A DNA stretch of 64,000 nucleotides from Azolla caroliniana (GCA_043228905.1 JBHGNT010000014.1:12648001-12712000); one strand, 5' to 3'; numbered from the stretch's first letter, positions 12,715 to 26,415 are shown. Made by a program: numbers and translations. The notes: generated by a model from the sequence alone, not told the origin.

Positions 12715-15700
12715 TGAGAGGAAATACCGCTCGGCCACAACCGAGTCTAGAATCACTTCAATGAGAATCAAACACAGAAATGGGAAGTAAGGGAGTGAAC
12801 ACATGTACGCACACCAAGAATAGAGAGTACACAGGATGTTTACGTGGAAAACCCTAATAGGGAAAAACAACGGGAGCCCACAGACTCCAAACTATCACTA
12901 TATACGAAAGGTACAATCAGAGACTCAGAGGCAATGACCTCGAGCTCTATATCTTCGCCAAGCAACGGTTACAACAGAGTAGTGCTCTATATCTCCTCTC
13001 TCTCTACACAACAATTATGCACATACAACAATATGACAACATTCTCTGTGATTACCCTAGGTCATATTTATACTCATATGAACTTAATTGTTATTTACAA
13101 ATATAGCCTCAATAGGATTACTCAAAACATATTTACAAATATGTCTTCTCTTCCTGTTCTCACCGGGTCCTCTTCATTGATAACCGGATCCCATCCAGAG
13201 GGACCGGCTTCCCAACAATCTCCCCCTTCACTCCGGTATGGGATGTCTCGTCAGCCCGATCTGCTTTCGACACATGTCCAGTTTGTCGGTTGTCAACACC
13301 TTGGTCAGCATATCTGACCCATTCTCTTCCATGTGGATCTTCGTCAGCACGAACTCTTGATCTTCTACTCTCTCTCGGATGCAGTGGTACCTCCGCTGGA
13401 TATATTTCGTCCGGGAATGGTAGGCAACGTTCCTCGCAAGGTGGATGGCACTTTGACTGTCACAATAGAGCCGGTATTCCTCCTGTTAGATCCCTAGCTC
13501 TCCAATGAAGTCCTTCATCCAGATTATCTCATTACCGGCTTCCAAAGCTGCCATGTACTCTGCCTCCGTGGTTGACAATGCAACCTCTTCTGCAACCTCG
13601 ACTGCCACGAAACAGCTCCCCCTACATAAGTCATGACATATCCAGATGTAGACCGGCTGGTATCCACATCAACTGACATAGCCGAATCGGTGAAACCTTC
13701 CAAGAGGGGTTTACCAGAGCCGAATCGGAGGCACATACTCGAGGTGCCTTTCAAATATCGGAGTAACCACTTTACCGCGTTCCAATGCTCTCTTCCGGGA
13801 TTGCTCATGAACTGGCTCACCACTCCGACTACATATCTGATATCCGATCGGGTACATACCATCGCGTACATCAAGCTTCCGACGGCAGAGGCATATGGTA
13901 TCTTCATCATATCAGTCTTCTCCGCCTTTGTCCTCGGGCTTTGTTTTCCGGATAGCTTGCAGTTTGCCGGAAGTGTCGATCCGACCGGTTTCACCTCCGA
14001 CATGTTGAACTGTTGAAGCACCTTTGTCACATACTTCTCTTGTGAGTACCACAACAGCTTCTTTGGCCGGTCCCAGATGATGTGCATTCCCAATATCTGT
14101 TTAGCCAAACCCAATTCTTTCATTGAGAACGTCCGGTTCAGAGCCTTCTTCAGCATCCGAATCTTGTCTTGGTCTCGTCCAACGATCAACATATCATCCA
14201 CATATAGGAGGAGTATTAGGAAATCTCCTCCGTCAAATTTCTTCACAAACATGCAGTGATCAGCCTGTGTCTTGTGGTACCCTTGGTCGGTCATTAAGGA
14301 GTTGAACTTCCGGTACCATTGCCAGGGAGCTTGCGTTAGTCCGTATAAGCTCTTCTTCAACCGGCACACCAAATGCTCCTTCCCTTTCTTCACAAATCTT
14401 TCTGTCTGTTGCATGTAGATCTCCTCTTCGAGGTCACCATGGAAGAACGTCATCTTTACGTCTAGTTGCTCTATCTCGAGGTCCATGCTTGCCACTATGC
14501 TGAGCACCGACCGGATTGAAGTCATCTTAACTACCAGGGCAAAGATCTCGTCGAAATCCACTCCTTTCTTCTGCTGGAACCCCTTCACCACGATCCAAGC
14601 TTTTTATCTTGGTGGGTTTCGGGCATCTCCCGGTTTTAGCTTGTACACCCACTTGTTCCGGAGTGCCCTCTTTCCTTTCGGCAACTCTGTCAGTTCATAC
14701 GTGTGGTTCTCATGCAGGAAATCCATCTCATCCTGCATTCTCATCCTGCATGGCAGTCAACCACTTGCGGCTGTGGGTGTCTTTCTTTGCTTCTTCAAAG
14801 CTTTCCGGCTCCCCCTCATCGGTTAGCAATACGTCCTCTGCATCCGGAAATCTCCGGGGGGCTCTTCTCTCTTGGAGAGGATATCTCTGTCCTTAGTTTC
14901 GGACTACCGGTTCCTCCATTTGTTCCTCATCCGAGTCTGATTCGGAATCTTGTCCGGTTCCGGTGTCTTCTTCTTCTTCTTCTTCGGTCGGTTCGGTTTC
15001 TTGTCCGTATCTAGCCAATTCGTCGAGTGTCATCCGGTTGTTGGCCAACATCCGGTTTTCAACCATGTAGGTCCTTGTGTCCTCAAACCGATTTTCATTG
15101 GATGATCCGGAGTTCATCTTCTTCTTCTTCGACTCCTAGTCGGCAATGGTCCTATCTTCCATGAAGACTATGGCCCGACTTAGGAACACCTTCTTGTTGA
15201 CCAGATCCCACACCCGATAACCAAACTCATCATCATCGTATCCAAGGAATATGCATGGCTTGGACTTCAGATCCAGCTCTACTCTCTTGTCCTTTGCAAC
15301 ATGCACATATGCGAGACACCCGAACACCTTTAGATGCCCGTAAGACACATCTTTACCGGTCCAAACTCTATGTGGTGTGTCTCCGTCCAAGGACGCGGAG
15401 GGTGATCTGTTTATCACATTCGTCGTCGTCATCAACGCCTAAGCCCAAAACGCCTTGGGTAGCTTTGCATGTGCAAGCATGCTCCGGACTCTCTCCATTA
15501 TGGTTTGATTCATCCTTTCGGCCAGCCTGTTTTGTTCCAGCGTCTTCAACACGGTAAATTCGAGCCGGATTCCCTTCAACCGGTAGTACTCCTCAAACTT
15601 CCCCCGGTATTCTCCTATGTTATTTGCTCGAACCGTCTTCAGCTTCCGACCGGTTTCTCTTTCAACTCTCGTGTGGACCTCCTTGAAGACAGATAACACT

Positions 15701-17803
15701 TGATACTTCGTCTTCAATGGTGAGACCCATAGCTTCCGACTGTGGTCATCTATGAACATCACGAAATACTGCGATCCGGCATGTGACTTCGTGTCCACTT
15801 GACACACATCGGTATGCACCAGCTCTAGTGGTGCATTCCATCTCATCAGTGGTCTTAACCGAAAGGAGGTTCGGTTTTGCTTGCCGGCTAATCAATCGGT
15901 GCATTTCTCAATATGCACGTCTTTCACCTCCGGAATTAGGTTGTCTTCCGCAAGTCTTCTCATCCCCTTCTGGCTCATATGACACAGTCTCTTGTGCCAC
16001 AGCTCACCGGTAGTGTCGGATGCTACGTTCACTTCTTCCCGACATATCTGGGCATGCATCAGATATAGCATGTTGATCTTCCGGGCTCGAGCCACAATCA
16101 GGCTTCCTTTGCTGAATTTCATGACTCCGTTCCAGATGCTTCCCATGTAGCCTTCATCATCTAGCCGACCGGCTGATATCAGGTTCAGTCGAACCTTCGG
16201 AATGTGTCGGACATCCTTCAGCAGCAACTTGCATCCGGTTGATGTCGTCAACAACACATCTCCTATCCCAACAATTCGGCATGTACCTTCATTCCCCATC
16301 CGAACACAACCATGAATTCCGGCTATGTAGGATGAGAAGCATCTCCGGACCAGTGTAAGATAGAACGATGCTCCGGAATCGACAACCCACGTTGTCTCGT
16401 CGCCGACAAGGTTTAACTCATTCTCCTCGATGATGAGCATCAGTTCTTCTTCACTTGTCCTGATTGCCAACGTTCTCTTCCGATTTGACCCTTTCCAGTC
16501 CAAACCGTTCTTCCAATCGACACCGTCGGTTCCTTTCTCTTTCCGGAAATGCCGATAGTTCTTCTGGAAGTGTCCCGTCTTCCCACGATAGAAGCAAGTA
16601 GGCCTCCCCCTTGACTTTGACCTCGTCCCCGATTTGTCCCGGTTTTGAGGACTCTGATACCGGCCTCTTCCCTGGTTGTGGTCATCTTCTGTAACCAAGG
16701 CCTTCGGATCAGTTCCAGACTCCCAGTCCTTTCGGCGAGCTTCTTCATCTAGCAAGCTTGATTTTACCTTCCGGCCCGGCGTTGCCTAACGTGACAGCTA
16801 ACGTCTCCCAACTATCTAGGAGGGAACCGAGCAGGAGCAATGCGAGTACCTCATTTGCGAGAGGTGCTTCCAACGAGGTTGCCTGGTTTATCAGTCCCGG
16901 GAAGGCATTCATGTGCTCCGCCATACTGGAGCCGTCCTAGTACCGGAGCCTCACTAGATTCTAGAATAGCGAAACCCGATTAACAACATTCTTGTTCTGG
17001 AACATGATGCTGATCTTCTCCCAAAGTTCATGAGCCTTACTTTCTTCATTGAAATTGTTGTACAGGCTCATGTCGATGAAGCACTAGATGTATGTCGTCG
17101 TCTTCATGTGCATCACCTCCCACACTGTGGCATTGATCTTATCCGGTCTCTTGTCCCCGAACTGAACCGCCAACAAAAGATCTTTAACCACTAGCATATC
17201 CTTCATCTTCGACTTCCATACTGAGTAGTTGGAGCCGGTGAACTTGAACATGCCGCCGAACAATTCCTCCATTTCCTGTGTTGTTCGCTCTAATACCAGA
17301 TTGAGAAGAAATAACGCTCGGCCACAACCAAGTCTAGAATCACTTCAATGAGAATCAAACACAGAAATGGGAAGTAAGGGAGTGAACGCATGTACACACA
17401 CCAAGAATAGAGAGTACACAGGATGTTTACATGGAAAACCCTAATAGGGAAAAACCACGGGAGCCCACAGAATCCAAACTATCACTATATAGGAAAGGTA
17501 CAATCAGAGTCTCGGAGGCAACGACCTCGAGCTATGTATCTTCGCCAAGCAGCAGTTACAACAGAGTATCGCTCTATATCTCCTCTCTCTCTACGCAACA
17601 GTTATGCACATACAACAATATGACAACACTCTTTGTGATTGCCCTAGGTCATATTTATACTCATATGAACTTAGGGCTATTTACAAATATAGCCTCAATA
17701 GGCTTACTCAAAACATATTTACAAATATGTATTCTCTTCCGGTTCTCACCAGGTCCTCTTCATTGATAACCAGATCCCATCCGGAGGGACCGGCTTCCCA
17801 ACA
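12715..17803 (-). mobile_element. Full-length Ty1/copia element (family C-related) nested in the RT of the host copia
   Basis: LTRs 12715-13217 and 17302-17803, TSD TCTTC at 12710-12714 and 17804-17808, PBS 17287-17298, PPT just right of 13217. ORF fragments cover gag, protease (WVVDSGAS), integrase (HTDVC) and RT (LYVDDML), with stops. Confidence 0.95.
13524..14591 (-). pseudogene. Copia reverse transcriptase / start of RNase H ORF fragment
   Basis: Motifs QLDVKMTFFHG, LKKSLYGL, LLYVDDML, YAMVCTRSDI, SWQSRLQ. Confidence 0.85.
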
Positions 17804-17983
17804 TCTTCCTCCAAATCTCCATGAAGGAAGGCAGTCTTGACGTCGAGTTGCTGGACTTTGAGATCCATGTTGGGTGCAATGCTCAACATTGTTCAAATTG
17901 ACGTCATCTTCATGACTGGGGCAAATATTTCGTCGAAATCGACACCCTTCTTCTACTGAAAGCCTTTCACGACAATTCGTGTA

Positions 17984-18083
17984 NNNNNNNNNNNNNNNNN
18001 NNNNNNNNNNNNNNNNNNNNNNNNNNNNNNNNNNNNNNNNNNNNNNNNNNNNNNNNNNNNNNNNNNNNNNNNNNNNNNNNNNN
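17984..18083. other. Assembly gap (100 N)
   Basis: Run of exactly 100 N. The integrase core of the host copia is missing across it. Confidence 0.99.
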
Positions 18084-18757
18084 ACGACACACTTGTCGAG
18101 ATGCACTTTCTTCATCTCCGGTAGGAGTTCTTTTTCGGCTAGCATCTACATCCACTTCTGGCTCATATGGCATAGCCTCTTGTGCCACAGCTCACCGGTT
18201 GTGTCGGCTGCCATGTTTACCTCGTTTCGGCATAAACGAGCATTCATTATATACAGAGTGTTGGTTTTTCGGGCTCAAGCCACGATCAGGCTCCCCTTGC
18301 AGAACTTCAAGATGTCGTTCTAGATGTTACCAATGTAGTCTTCATCATCTGTAAACGTAAGTGTTTGCGGAAGCGTAAAACAGAGAACAACACACACTGA
18401 GAGAGAGAGACAGAGCGAGAGAGACAGAGAGAGCAGAACGCAATTTCAAAATTATATCAAGACTCTTTTTTTATACACTGTGCTAAGTAGCACTATTTAT
18501 ACAAGTCCTCTTGGGACTGACAAAAGTACCATATACTTCAATGCTCACACGAGCATCTGACACTTACTACGAGACTATAGCTACCTAGTAGTCTATTCTG
18601 TACTAGGCTTCCGATTGGACTGCCGGTTACGGATTGCACCCGGCCTCCACTGCTTGCCGTTCGGTTGCTCACCGTCATACCGATCCATTTCACCTGATCC
18701 GTCTCGCTCACCGGCTCCGGCTTATTCAGCCGATCCGGCTCCGGTTGAGCTTGCCGC

Positions 18758-20136
18758 TCAACACTCCCCCTCAAGCTCAACCTGAAGTGGGGTCGTAGTG
18801 TCGACCTCTGTGGCAGTCGGTTCTTCCAACCGACTTCTCCTGGCGTCACTCCGCCTTGCTCGCGCTCCTCGTCCGGTCTGGTCCCGTTTGCCGCGACCCC
18901 TTTGGTTCTGCGCGCCTCGACCCTCTCGGTCGGCATGTCTACTCAATAGGCCCATCTCAGCACTCACGTTGTTGTGACTCCGGCGCTTGCCGATCCGTCG
19001 GTTCTCCCACGATGGCATCGACTTCCGCTGTGTCCGTGTCCCCTTGGCCTTCAGTTGATTCGTCTCATCTGGATCCATCTGTTGATCCGAGTCAGCTGTC
19101 TCCGACTCGTTCCAGCTCTTGTCTGAATCGGTACACTCCGATTCAACTTCCGGCATCAGGCCTCTCACCACATCGGACCACTTCCGAGTCCTGGCCTTCT
19201 CCATGCTTCCCTCGGCTTCTTTAGCCGGTGAACCGAAATCGAATTCTTCATTCGACTCTGTATCATGGTCAGTACCGTCGTGATGACCTCCGCACAGTAT
19301 GCGCTTCTCTTCCTGAGTGCACAACTCTTCTTCACAGCCGCTTGCTCCGACCTGTTCGGATGTGTCGACTTCCTTCGTCGACTCGGCTTCCTTCAGCTTC
19401 TTGTCTCCTCTTCTTCCAGCTCTCCTCTTACCGACGGGTTCAACAGGTTTTTTGCCTTTGCCTGTTTCAGTAGAGACTTTGCCCTTGCTTCTCCCCCTCA
19501 AGTGCGGCACGTCGAGATGCTGAATACCAAGCATGTCGGTAAAGTGCTGCAACTTGTCCGATCCGAGCGGCTTGGTGAAGATGTCGGAAACTTGCCGATC
19601 CGTATGAACATACCGTAGGTCAACTTCACCGTTCAGGACCCGCTCACGCACGAAGTGGTAGTGCACCTCGATGTGCTTTGTGCGAGCATGGAACACAGGG
19701 TTCCTGGCGAGCTGCAGGCTGCTCATGTTATCGCAGTAAATCGGGATCGGGGTCGGTACCTCGATCCGCATGTCTCGCAGCAGTCGCCGAAGCCAGATGG
19801 CTTCACAAGTGGCAACGGTAGTGGCCCGGTACTCAGCCTCAGTGCTTGACAAAGCCACTGTGGGCTGCTTCTTGCTGCTCCACGCAACGGTCGCGCTACC
19901 TATGGAGAACATGTATCCGGAAGTGGAGCGGCGATCAGACGCATCGCCGGCCCAGTCAGCATCTGTGTAACCGACAAGCTCTTCGGGTATACCTCGCCGG
20001 TATAGCAGTCCCCGGTCCTTAGTGCCGCTGACATACCGTAATATTCGTTGCGCACACTGAAGGTGCTCCATGGTCGGCTTCTGCATGAACTGGCTTACCA
20101 TGCCGACCGGATAGCTGATGTCGGGTCGGGTGATGG
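18758..20136 (-). CDS. Copia RT C-terminus + RNase H + ~245 aa charged extension
   Basis: GYTDADWAG, SSTEAEY, CDNMSS, KHIEVHYHF, then an open frame up to a stop inside the LTR start (TGT TGA). Confidence 0.8.
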
Positions 20137-22217
20137 TCTTAAGTTCGGCTTGCGCCCGAAATACAGCTCATGAGCTGACACCTTGTCACCAATGCGGTTT
20201 TGTATGTAGACGGCCGTCTGGACCGCCTCCGCCCAGTAGAACCGGGGCATGCTCTTCTCCTCCAACATTGTCCTTGCCGCTTCGACGAGTGTCCGGTTCT
20301 TCCTTTCGGCCACACCGTTTTGCTCCGGTGTGTATCTGCAGCTGAACTCTCGCCGAATTCCCTTCTGCTGCAGATAACTAGTGAATTGGCCGGAAAAATA
20401 TTCCTTTCCACCATCCGACCGAAGGCATTTGATCTTCCTCTCCGATTCCTGTTCCACCATCTTCTGGAGGCTTCGGAAACAGTCGAAGACTTCGCTCTTC
20501 CGCTCAATGAGGTAGATCCAAGTATGTCGAGTATAGTCGTCGATGAAGGAGACGAAGTACCGGCTCCCGCCAAGGCTTACAATTTGTGCCGGTCCCCACA
20601 CATCCGAATGGATAAGATCGAGCTTGTTACGGCTCCGGTTCCGTTCGGTGGGGAATGGAAGCCGGTGTTGCTTCCCAAGTTGGCAGGCTTCACAAATTTC
20701 GGCTCTCCGGCCGCTGAACTTTGGCAAACCGAAAACAACTTGTTTCGTTTGCAGGTCTTGAAGCCTCCGGTAGTTGACGTGGCCTATCCGCTTGTGCCAT
20801 AGGTCGATGTCCGACTCGACCTTCTGTCGTTTCGCGAACAGAGCGGTGCCAATGTCATTGGTGTTGAGGATAAACATCCTCCCGTCTCTGCGCCCTTGCG
20901 CAATGACTTCGCCCTCATCCTCAATGAAGCACCCGAGGTGCGTAAACCGCACCTGCATCCCCTGGTCGACAATCTGACCGACGGACACCAGGTTCTTCGT
21001 GATCGTCGGAACGTGTAATACGTTCATCAGCTTCCCTTTCTGTCCGACGTGGCTTAGAGGGACTTCTCCGACGTGCACAATTGGGTGTGGAGTGTCGTCT
21101 CCGGTTTCGACTACTCCTGGTTGATCCGGTTTCTCCAGAAAGGAGAACCACTCTTTGTGGCTTGTCATGTGGTTCGACGCGCCGGAATCAACATACCACA
21201 CTTCCTCCGTTTTGGAAGTGGTCTTCTTCATTGAGTTTGCCTTGTGATTCATCACCAAGGCTGGCCCCTTACCGGCCTTTCCGGTTTCGGATCCTCCTGA
21301 TCCGTTTGCGTAGTGCGAGTTTTGCCGGCCATCCTTACCGGTCTTGCCGGATCCAGATTTGTCCGAATCGGCACGCTTTCTCCAGCACTCGCTTTCCCTG
21401 TGGCCTTTTTTGCCACAGTACCAGCATTCCGTAGTGGATTTGTCTTGCCGGCCTCCGGCACCGCCTTGACTCCCCCTGCTTGTGGAAGTCCCGGAACTGC
21501 TGTCGGCACACTCATAGTGCCTCTGTTCCTGCTCTTGCCGGCCGCCTCCATTGCGTGCCGACCCACCTCTTCCACCACGCCCACAATGCCGATCCGTTCC
21601 TGTGTACACAGCATTTGGTTGTCCGGGGATGCACTGGTAGATGCACCGGCGTGGTTCTCCTCTACAAGGAGCATCGACTGTAGGTCGAAGAATGAGGGGG
21701 TATTCTCCCTTGTACACACCGCAGTCCAGAACGCTCCGAACTTGTACGCCAGGCCTCCGAGACATACCTGCACCATCTCGTCTTCCTCTACGGTAACATT
21801 GATAGAGGCGAGTGAGTCGCAAATCTCCTTTATCCGGCCCGTGTAGTCTGCCACGGACATGTTCTTCTGTCGAACATTGCTCAACTCCTGTCTGAGTTGC
21901 AGCTTCCGGGCAGTGGTGCTTGCGGCGAAAACCTTTTTCAGGTTCCCCCAAGCATCCTTCGGTGTCTTGGCGTCACGGATGTGGTTGAGCAGTTGATCGC
22001 CGACACTGGATGCGAAGCAGTACATCACCCTACTTGCCACCTGTTCCCATACCGGGAAGTCCTTGTGTGCCGAGTCTGGCGCCGCATCATTCGCTCCTTT
22101 GACATAACTCCAGTACCCGTGTCCAAGCAGGTATTGGTGCATCTTGTAAGACCAGGATGCGTAGTTGCTCCTGTCGAGCTTTTCCACCGGGAGCGACGTA
22201 GCCATGCCTCTATCCAT
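20095..22217 (-). CDS. Copia Gag-protease-integrase (frameshifted: ORFs 21252-22217 and 20095-21951)
   Basis: Gag N-terminus, CCHC knuckle CWYCGKKGHRESEC, WYVDSGASNHMT, GAG-pre-integrase WHKRIGH...CEAC, DDE core HSDVWGP/SDGGKEY/QNGVAER. Confidence 0.85.
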
Positions 22218-24939
22218 GTCTTCTACTGTGTCTGTTTTCGACCTGTTAGGGTTTTCTTCTCAAGATTAAATGTCTGCAGCAGAGGTTCTCAACCCTTGCG
22301 CTCTGATACCATGTAAACGTAAGTGTTTGCGGAAGCGTAAAAAAGAGAACAACACACACTGAGAGAGAGAGCGAGAGCGAGAGAGACAGAGAGAGCAGAA
22401 CGCAATTTCAAAATTATATCAAGACTCTTTTTTTTATACACTGTGCTAAGTAGCACTATTTATACAAGTCCTCTTGGGATTGACAGAAGTACCATGTACT
22501 TCAATGCTCACACGAGCATCTAACACTTACTACGAGACTATAGATACCTAGTAGTCTATCCTGTACTAGGCTTCCGATTGGACTGCCGGTTACGGATTGC
22601 ACCCGGCCTCCACTGCTTGCCAGTTCGGTTGCTCACCGTCATACCGATCCGTTTCGCCTGATCCGTCTCGCTCACCGGCTCCGGCTTATTCAGCCGATCC
22701 GGCTCCTGTTGAGCTTGCCGCTCAACATCATCCAACTGACCGGCTAATATCAAGTTCAGTCGAACTTCCGGAACGTGTCGAACATCTCTTAGCACTAGTC
22801 TACACCCGGTCGATGTCATCATACACACATCTACAATGCCGAGGATTCGGCATGCTCCTTCATTCCCCATTTTTACAAGACCGTGGTCTCTGGCCTTGTA
22901 TGATGAGAAGCACTTTCGGTCGAGGGTTAGTTGAAACAACGCACCCAAATCGACCACCCATATCAATTCTTCATCGGCAAGATTGACCTCATTTTGTTCA
23001 CTTATGAACAACAACTCCCCTTCACTCGCGGCAATTGCTGAGGTGTTCTTTCTGTCCGGTATTTTCTTCGGCTCCACACCATCAGCTCCCTTTTTCTCCT
23101 TTAGAAAGTGTCGGCAATTCTTTTGGAAGTGCCCCAGCTTCCCACAATAAAAGCACGTGGGCCTTCCCCCTTGTCTTCGACCTTGTCTCCGACTTATCTC
23201 GATTCTAGGGACTTCGATTTCAGCCTCTTCCTCGATTCGTGTCACTTTCCGTGATGAGGGCCTTCGGGTCGGTATTGGACTCTTAGTCCTTCCGGCGAGC
23301 TTCTTCATTCAATAAGCTCAACTTCACTTGCTCTAGGGATAAGTGTTTCCCTTGCGGCCCCGCATTGCCTAATGTGACAACCAGCGTTTCCCAGTTGTCC
23401 AGAAGGAATCCCAGCAACAACAGTGTCAATACCTCGTCTACAAGAGGTACTTCAAGAGAGGTGGCTTGATTCATCAGTCCTTGGAAGGCATTAATATGCT
23501 CAACCATGTTGGAGCTGTCTTGATACTAGAGTCTCACGATTTTTCTGAAAACTAAGTCTTTGTTCATGGTGTTCTTGTTTTCGAACATCACGCCAATCTT
23601 CTTCCAAAGGACGTCAGCACTCGTCTCTTCATCAAAGTTGTTGTATAGACTCATGTCTATAAAACACCTTATATATGTTGTTGCCTTCATATGCATGACT
23701 TCCCAAGTTTATGCATCGATCTTGTCTAGCCTTTTATCTTTGAACTGCACCAACAACAGGTCTTTGCACACGAGCATATCCCGCATCTTCGACTTCCACA
23801 CTGAGTAGTTGGAGTCGGTTAACTTGAACATGTCATCGAACGAGCCTTCCATCGCTTTGATACCACTTTGTTAGGATCGCGACTGGCCACAACCGGTTCT
23901 ACTTCGAATGTTCGGGTGCAAAGAATCGATATAGACAGTACACAGACAAATAAATGAGAAAGCAAAAAGATAAATACAATGACACAAGATGTTTTACATG
24001 GAAATCCCGAAAGGGAAAAACCATGGCGGTCCACAAACCCCGAGAAACAGAATCACTATGATAGAGAAGTAGTACAATAAGAATCTCGAAGACGACGACC
24101 TCGAGTTCTTCTTTGTCAGACAAATGGTTATGGAGTTACTAACTCTTACACTCTCACTCTTTCTTCCTCTCCCAGTTACAGAGGCAACTACTCACTATAA
24201 CTTATCACAACTATGATGATTCACATATGCTAATAAGTTTTCCCTAGTTGTATTTATACATATACAACTTTTTGGCTATTTACATACATAGCCCACAAGG
24301 GCACATTTGGACTATTTACAAATATAGTCTTCCGAATCAGCTATTGGTCATGGTCATCATGATCTGGCAATCCATAAGAGCTTGCCAAATGGGGTCCTCA
24401 TATCGTGTTTCATTTGTGGTCGAAGATTGTGGCTAGGGTAAGGGTAAACTATTGGACTGTTCTGTATCTCTTGTTGCATCCATTCAGCATTGGCCCCGTT
24501 CGCTTTTTCGACCCATACTTTTGTCGCCTTCCGAATTTCATCTTGTACTTCCCAATCTGATTGCTTCATTTTGCTCCGAGTGGTGACTTGTTGGATTTCT
24601 GTCGTGATAGTGTTTACAGTTTTTTCCTTGCCCTTATCCCTTCGAGGGCACTAAGTGACGTAGTGGTCGGGTTGTCGGCAAGTAAAACATTGGAGTCCCA
24701 CTATCATGCTAGATTCTCCTCACTCTATTGGCACCGTGTGCGGTGGCTCTTGTTGCATTTCCGGATCCGAGGGTTTTATTGATATTGCCTCGTATGTTGA
24801 GGCCATCAACAATTATCCCTCTGATTGTTATTTGTCGGTGGTTAGCAATTGTCTGCTTGGTTATCGTCATTCAACGTTGATTTTGGGGCCTACGATTGTT
24901 ACCATGATTCCTCGGTTCGACAATTTCACCCCTAATGTT

Positions 24940-25425
24940 TGTTGATGGCCGACGGTCGTGTCAGGGTGCATAATCATTGCCGTTGTTGTGAAGATTTTCA
25001 ACAACGGTGTGAAAATCACGTGGAAAGAAGAAACACAAGAAGGGTTCACTTTTGTGCTTCTCTCACTGTTTTCTTCTCGGTGAGTTATCCCACATATATA
25101 TGCAACTAACATGATTCTCTCTATATAAAGACTCATTTATCTCACATATATATATATATGACTATGTATATATATATATATATATTTGGGTGTTCGTTTG
25201 AACTTTTGTTCAACTAAATCCTATTTTGGTTTTTCGGTCGATCTCAGCCCACTGACTCTTGTTTCGGCTTTTTGACCAATTTCGGCAGCCGACTCCCATT
25301 TCGGCTTTTTGATTGATTTCGGTAGCCGGTTCTTGTTTCAACTTTTTGGACGATTTCGACCAGTTGACTCTCATTTCGGCTTTTCAACCGACTCCCCCCA
25401 CAAGGAGGGACAACCTTACATAACA
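24940..25425 (-). repeat. Probable degenerate LTR (family C-like)
   Basis: TG start, CACGTGGAAA motif and GGAGGGACA...ACA end resemble the family C LTRs. No TSD found. Confidence 0.4.
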
Positions 25426-26004
25426 CAATTGACTTACCACAAAGCCAAGTCATTCCTTAAAAAGTTGTATTTTCATCATTATACTTTTTCATATGTAAAT
25501 TCTCATACATGAGAGTTTGCATGAGTGACATGGTTATCATGCATCACATGTAATGCATGAGCGCCAAATGGAAAACATGCATCACATGCATTTCATGCAT
25601 TACAATTGACTATGATTTATGAATTGAGTTGTTATGACTGTGGAGACTGTGAACCAAGCCGACTACAACCGACTGGTGATGTACAATACACCATAAAAGA
25701 CTAGAGATACTCAACATAGATTATAATTCTCAACACGAAGATAGGGTGTAAGCAAACAAATATTCTACTACAAGACTTAGATTCAACACACTGATACAAC
25801 CCCCCCCCCCCCCCCCCCCCCCATTTTACAACTTTCCATGTCCCTCTTTATAGGGAGCATGGATGGTTATGTGAACCGTTACTACTTCCTCTCATTATGT
25901 TACATGCATTTCCTTTTCGTTCTAACTCCCTGTCCGGCCCCACCTGTCTTTGATCCGACCTGTAACCATCCTTGGCCTTTTCACACATGGGCCACCCTGA
26001 CCGG

Positions 26005-26413
26005 CCAACACACATCGATACATGTAGAGCCTATCCCATTGTTTGCCATTCAAACCATTGCTTCCACGTGACTTAGCTCACATGCACTGTGATGTGAGAT
26101 GGGGCATTGGGGCACAAGTGATAAGAGTGGTCAACTATGCAAACTTTTCCCTAAACAAGTTCAAGAGCCTAAGTATCACCCTTTGATATAATGCTCTACC
26201 TTTGATCATATTCGACCATGCTTTCCGCACATCTTCAACTAATCCCAATCCTTGCACGAATTTCTCTCACAACCCCGACGTGCACTCTTGATTGCAACAT
26301 TTATTGGCAAAGTTCTTGAACATCGACAGTTGCTACTCACTTTCACATGTATCACGTGAAATGTAATATTTGTGGTCTCATAGGTTATATTTGACCTACG
26401 AACACGACAATAG

Positions 26414-26415
<2 letters not shown>
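26005..26415 (+). mobile_element. 5'-truncated LINE 3' end (same family as 52469-56324)
   Basis: Colinear with the zinc-finger region and 3' UTR of the long LINE. Ends directly in (TC)n. Confidence 0.9.

Larger units (their letters stand above)
18350..22727 (-). mobile_element. Relatively young, internally deleted Ty1/copia element (family A)
   Basis: Highly similar LTRs 18350-18763 and 22312-22727, TSD TCATC at 18345-18349 and 22728-22732, perfect PBS TGGTATCAGAGC 22300-22311, PPT 18764-18775. Confidence 0.97.
11010..24345 (-). mobile_element. Ty1/copia element (family C, Tnt1/Tork-like) hosting two nested elements
   Basis: 3' LTR 11010-11559 with PPT at ~11561-11572; RNase H/RT 11575-12714 and 17804-17983; GAG-pre-integrase region 18084-18349; protease/gag 22733-23852; PBS TGGTATCAAAGC 23854-23865; 5' LTR 23869-~24345, with its outer ~75 bp missing. 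Confidence 0.9.

Noticed and set aside
17984-18083. Apparent integrase deletion in the host copia
   Set aside because: It coincides with a 100-N placeholder gap, so it is missing data rather than biology.
21560-21640. Possible programmed gag-pol frameshift in the young copia
   Set aside because: The shift lies upstream of the zinc knuckle, no slippery heptamer is evident, and plant copia usually encode a single ORF. A 1-bp indel is more likely.
25800-25822. 23-bp poly-C run (G-quadruplex potential on minus)
   Set aside because: An isolated homopolymer with no supporting context, and its length is error-prone in assemblies.
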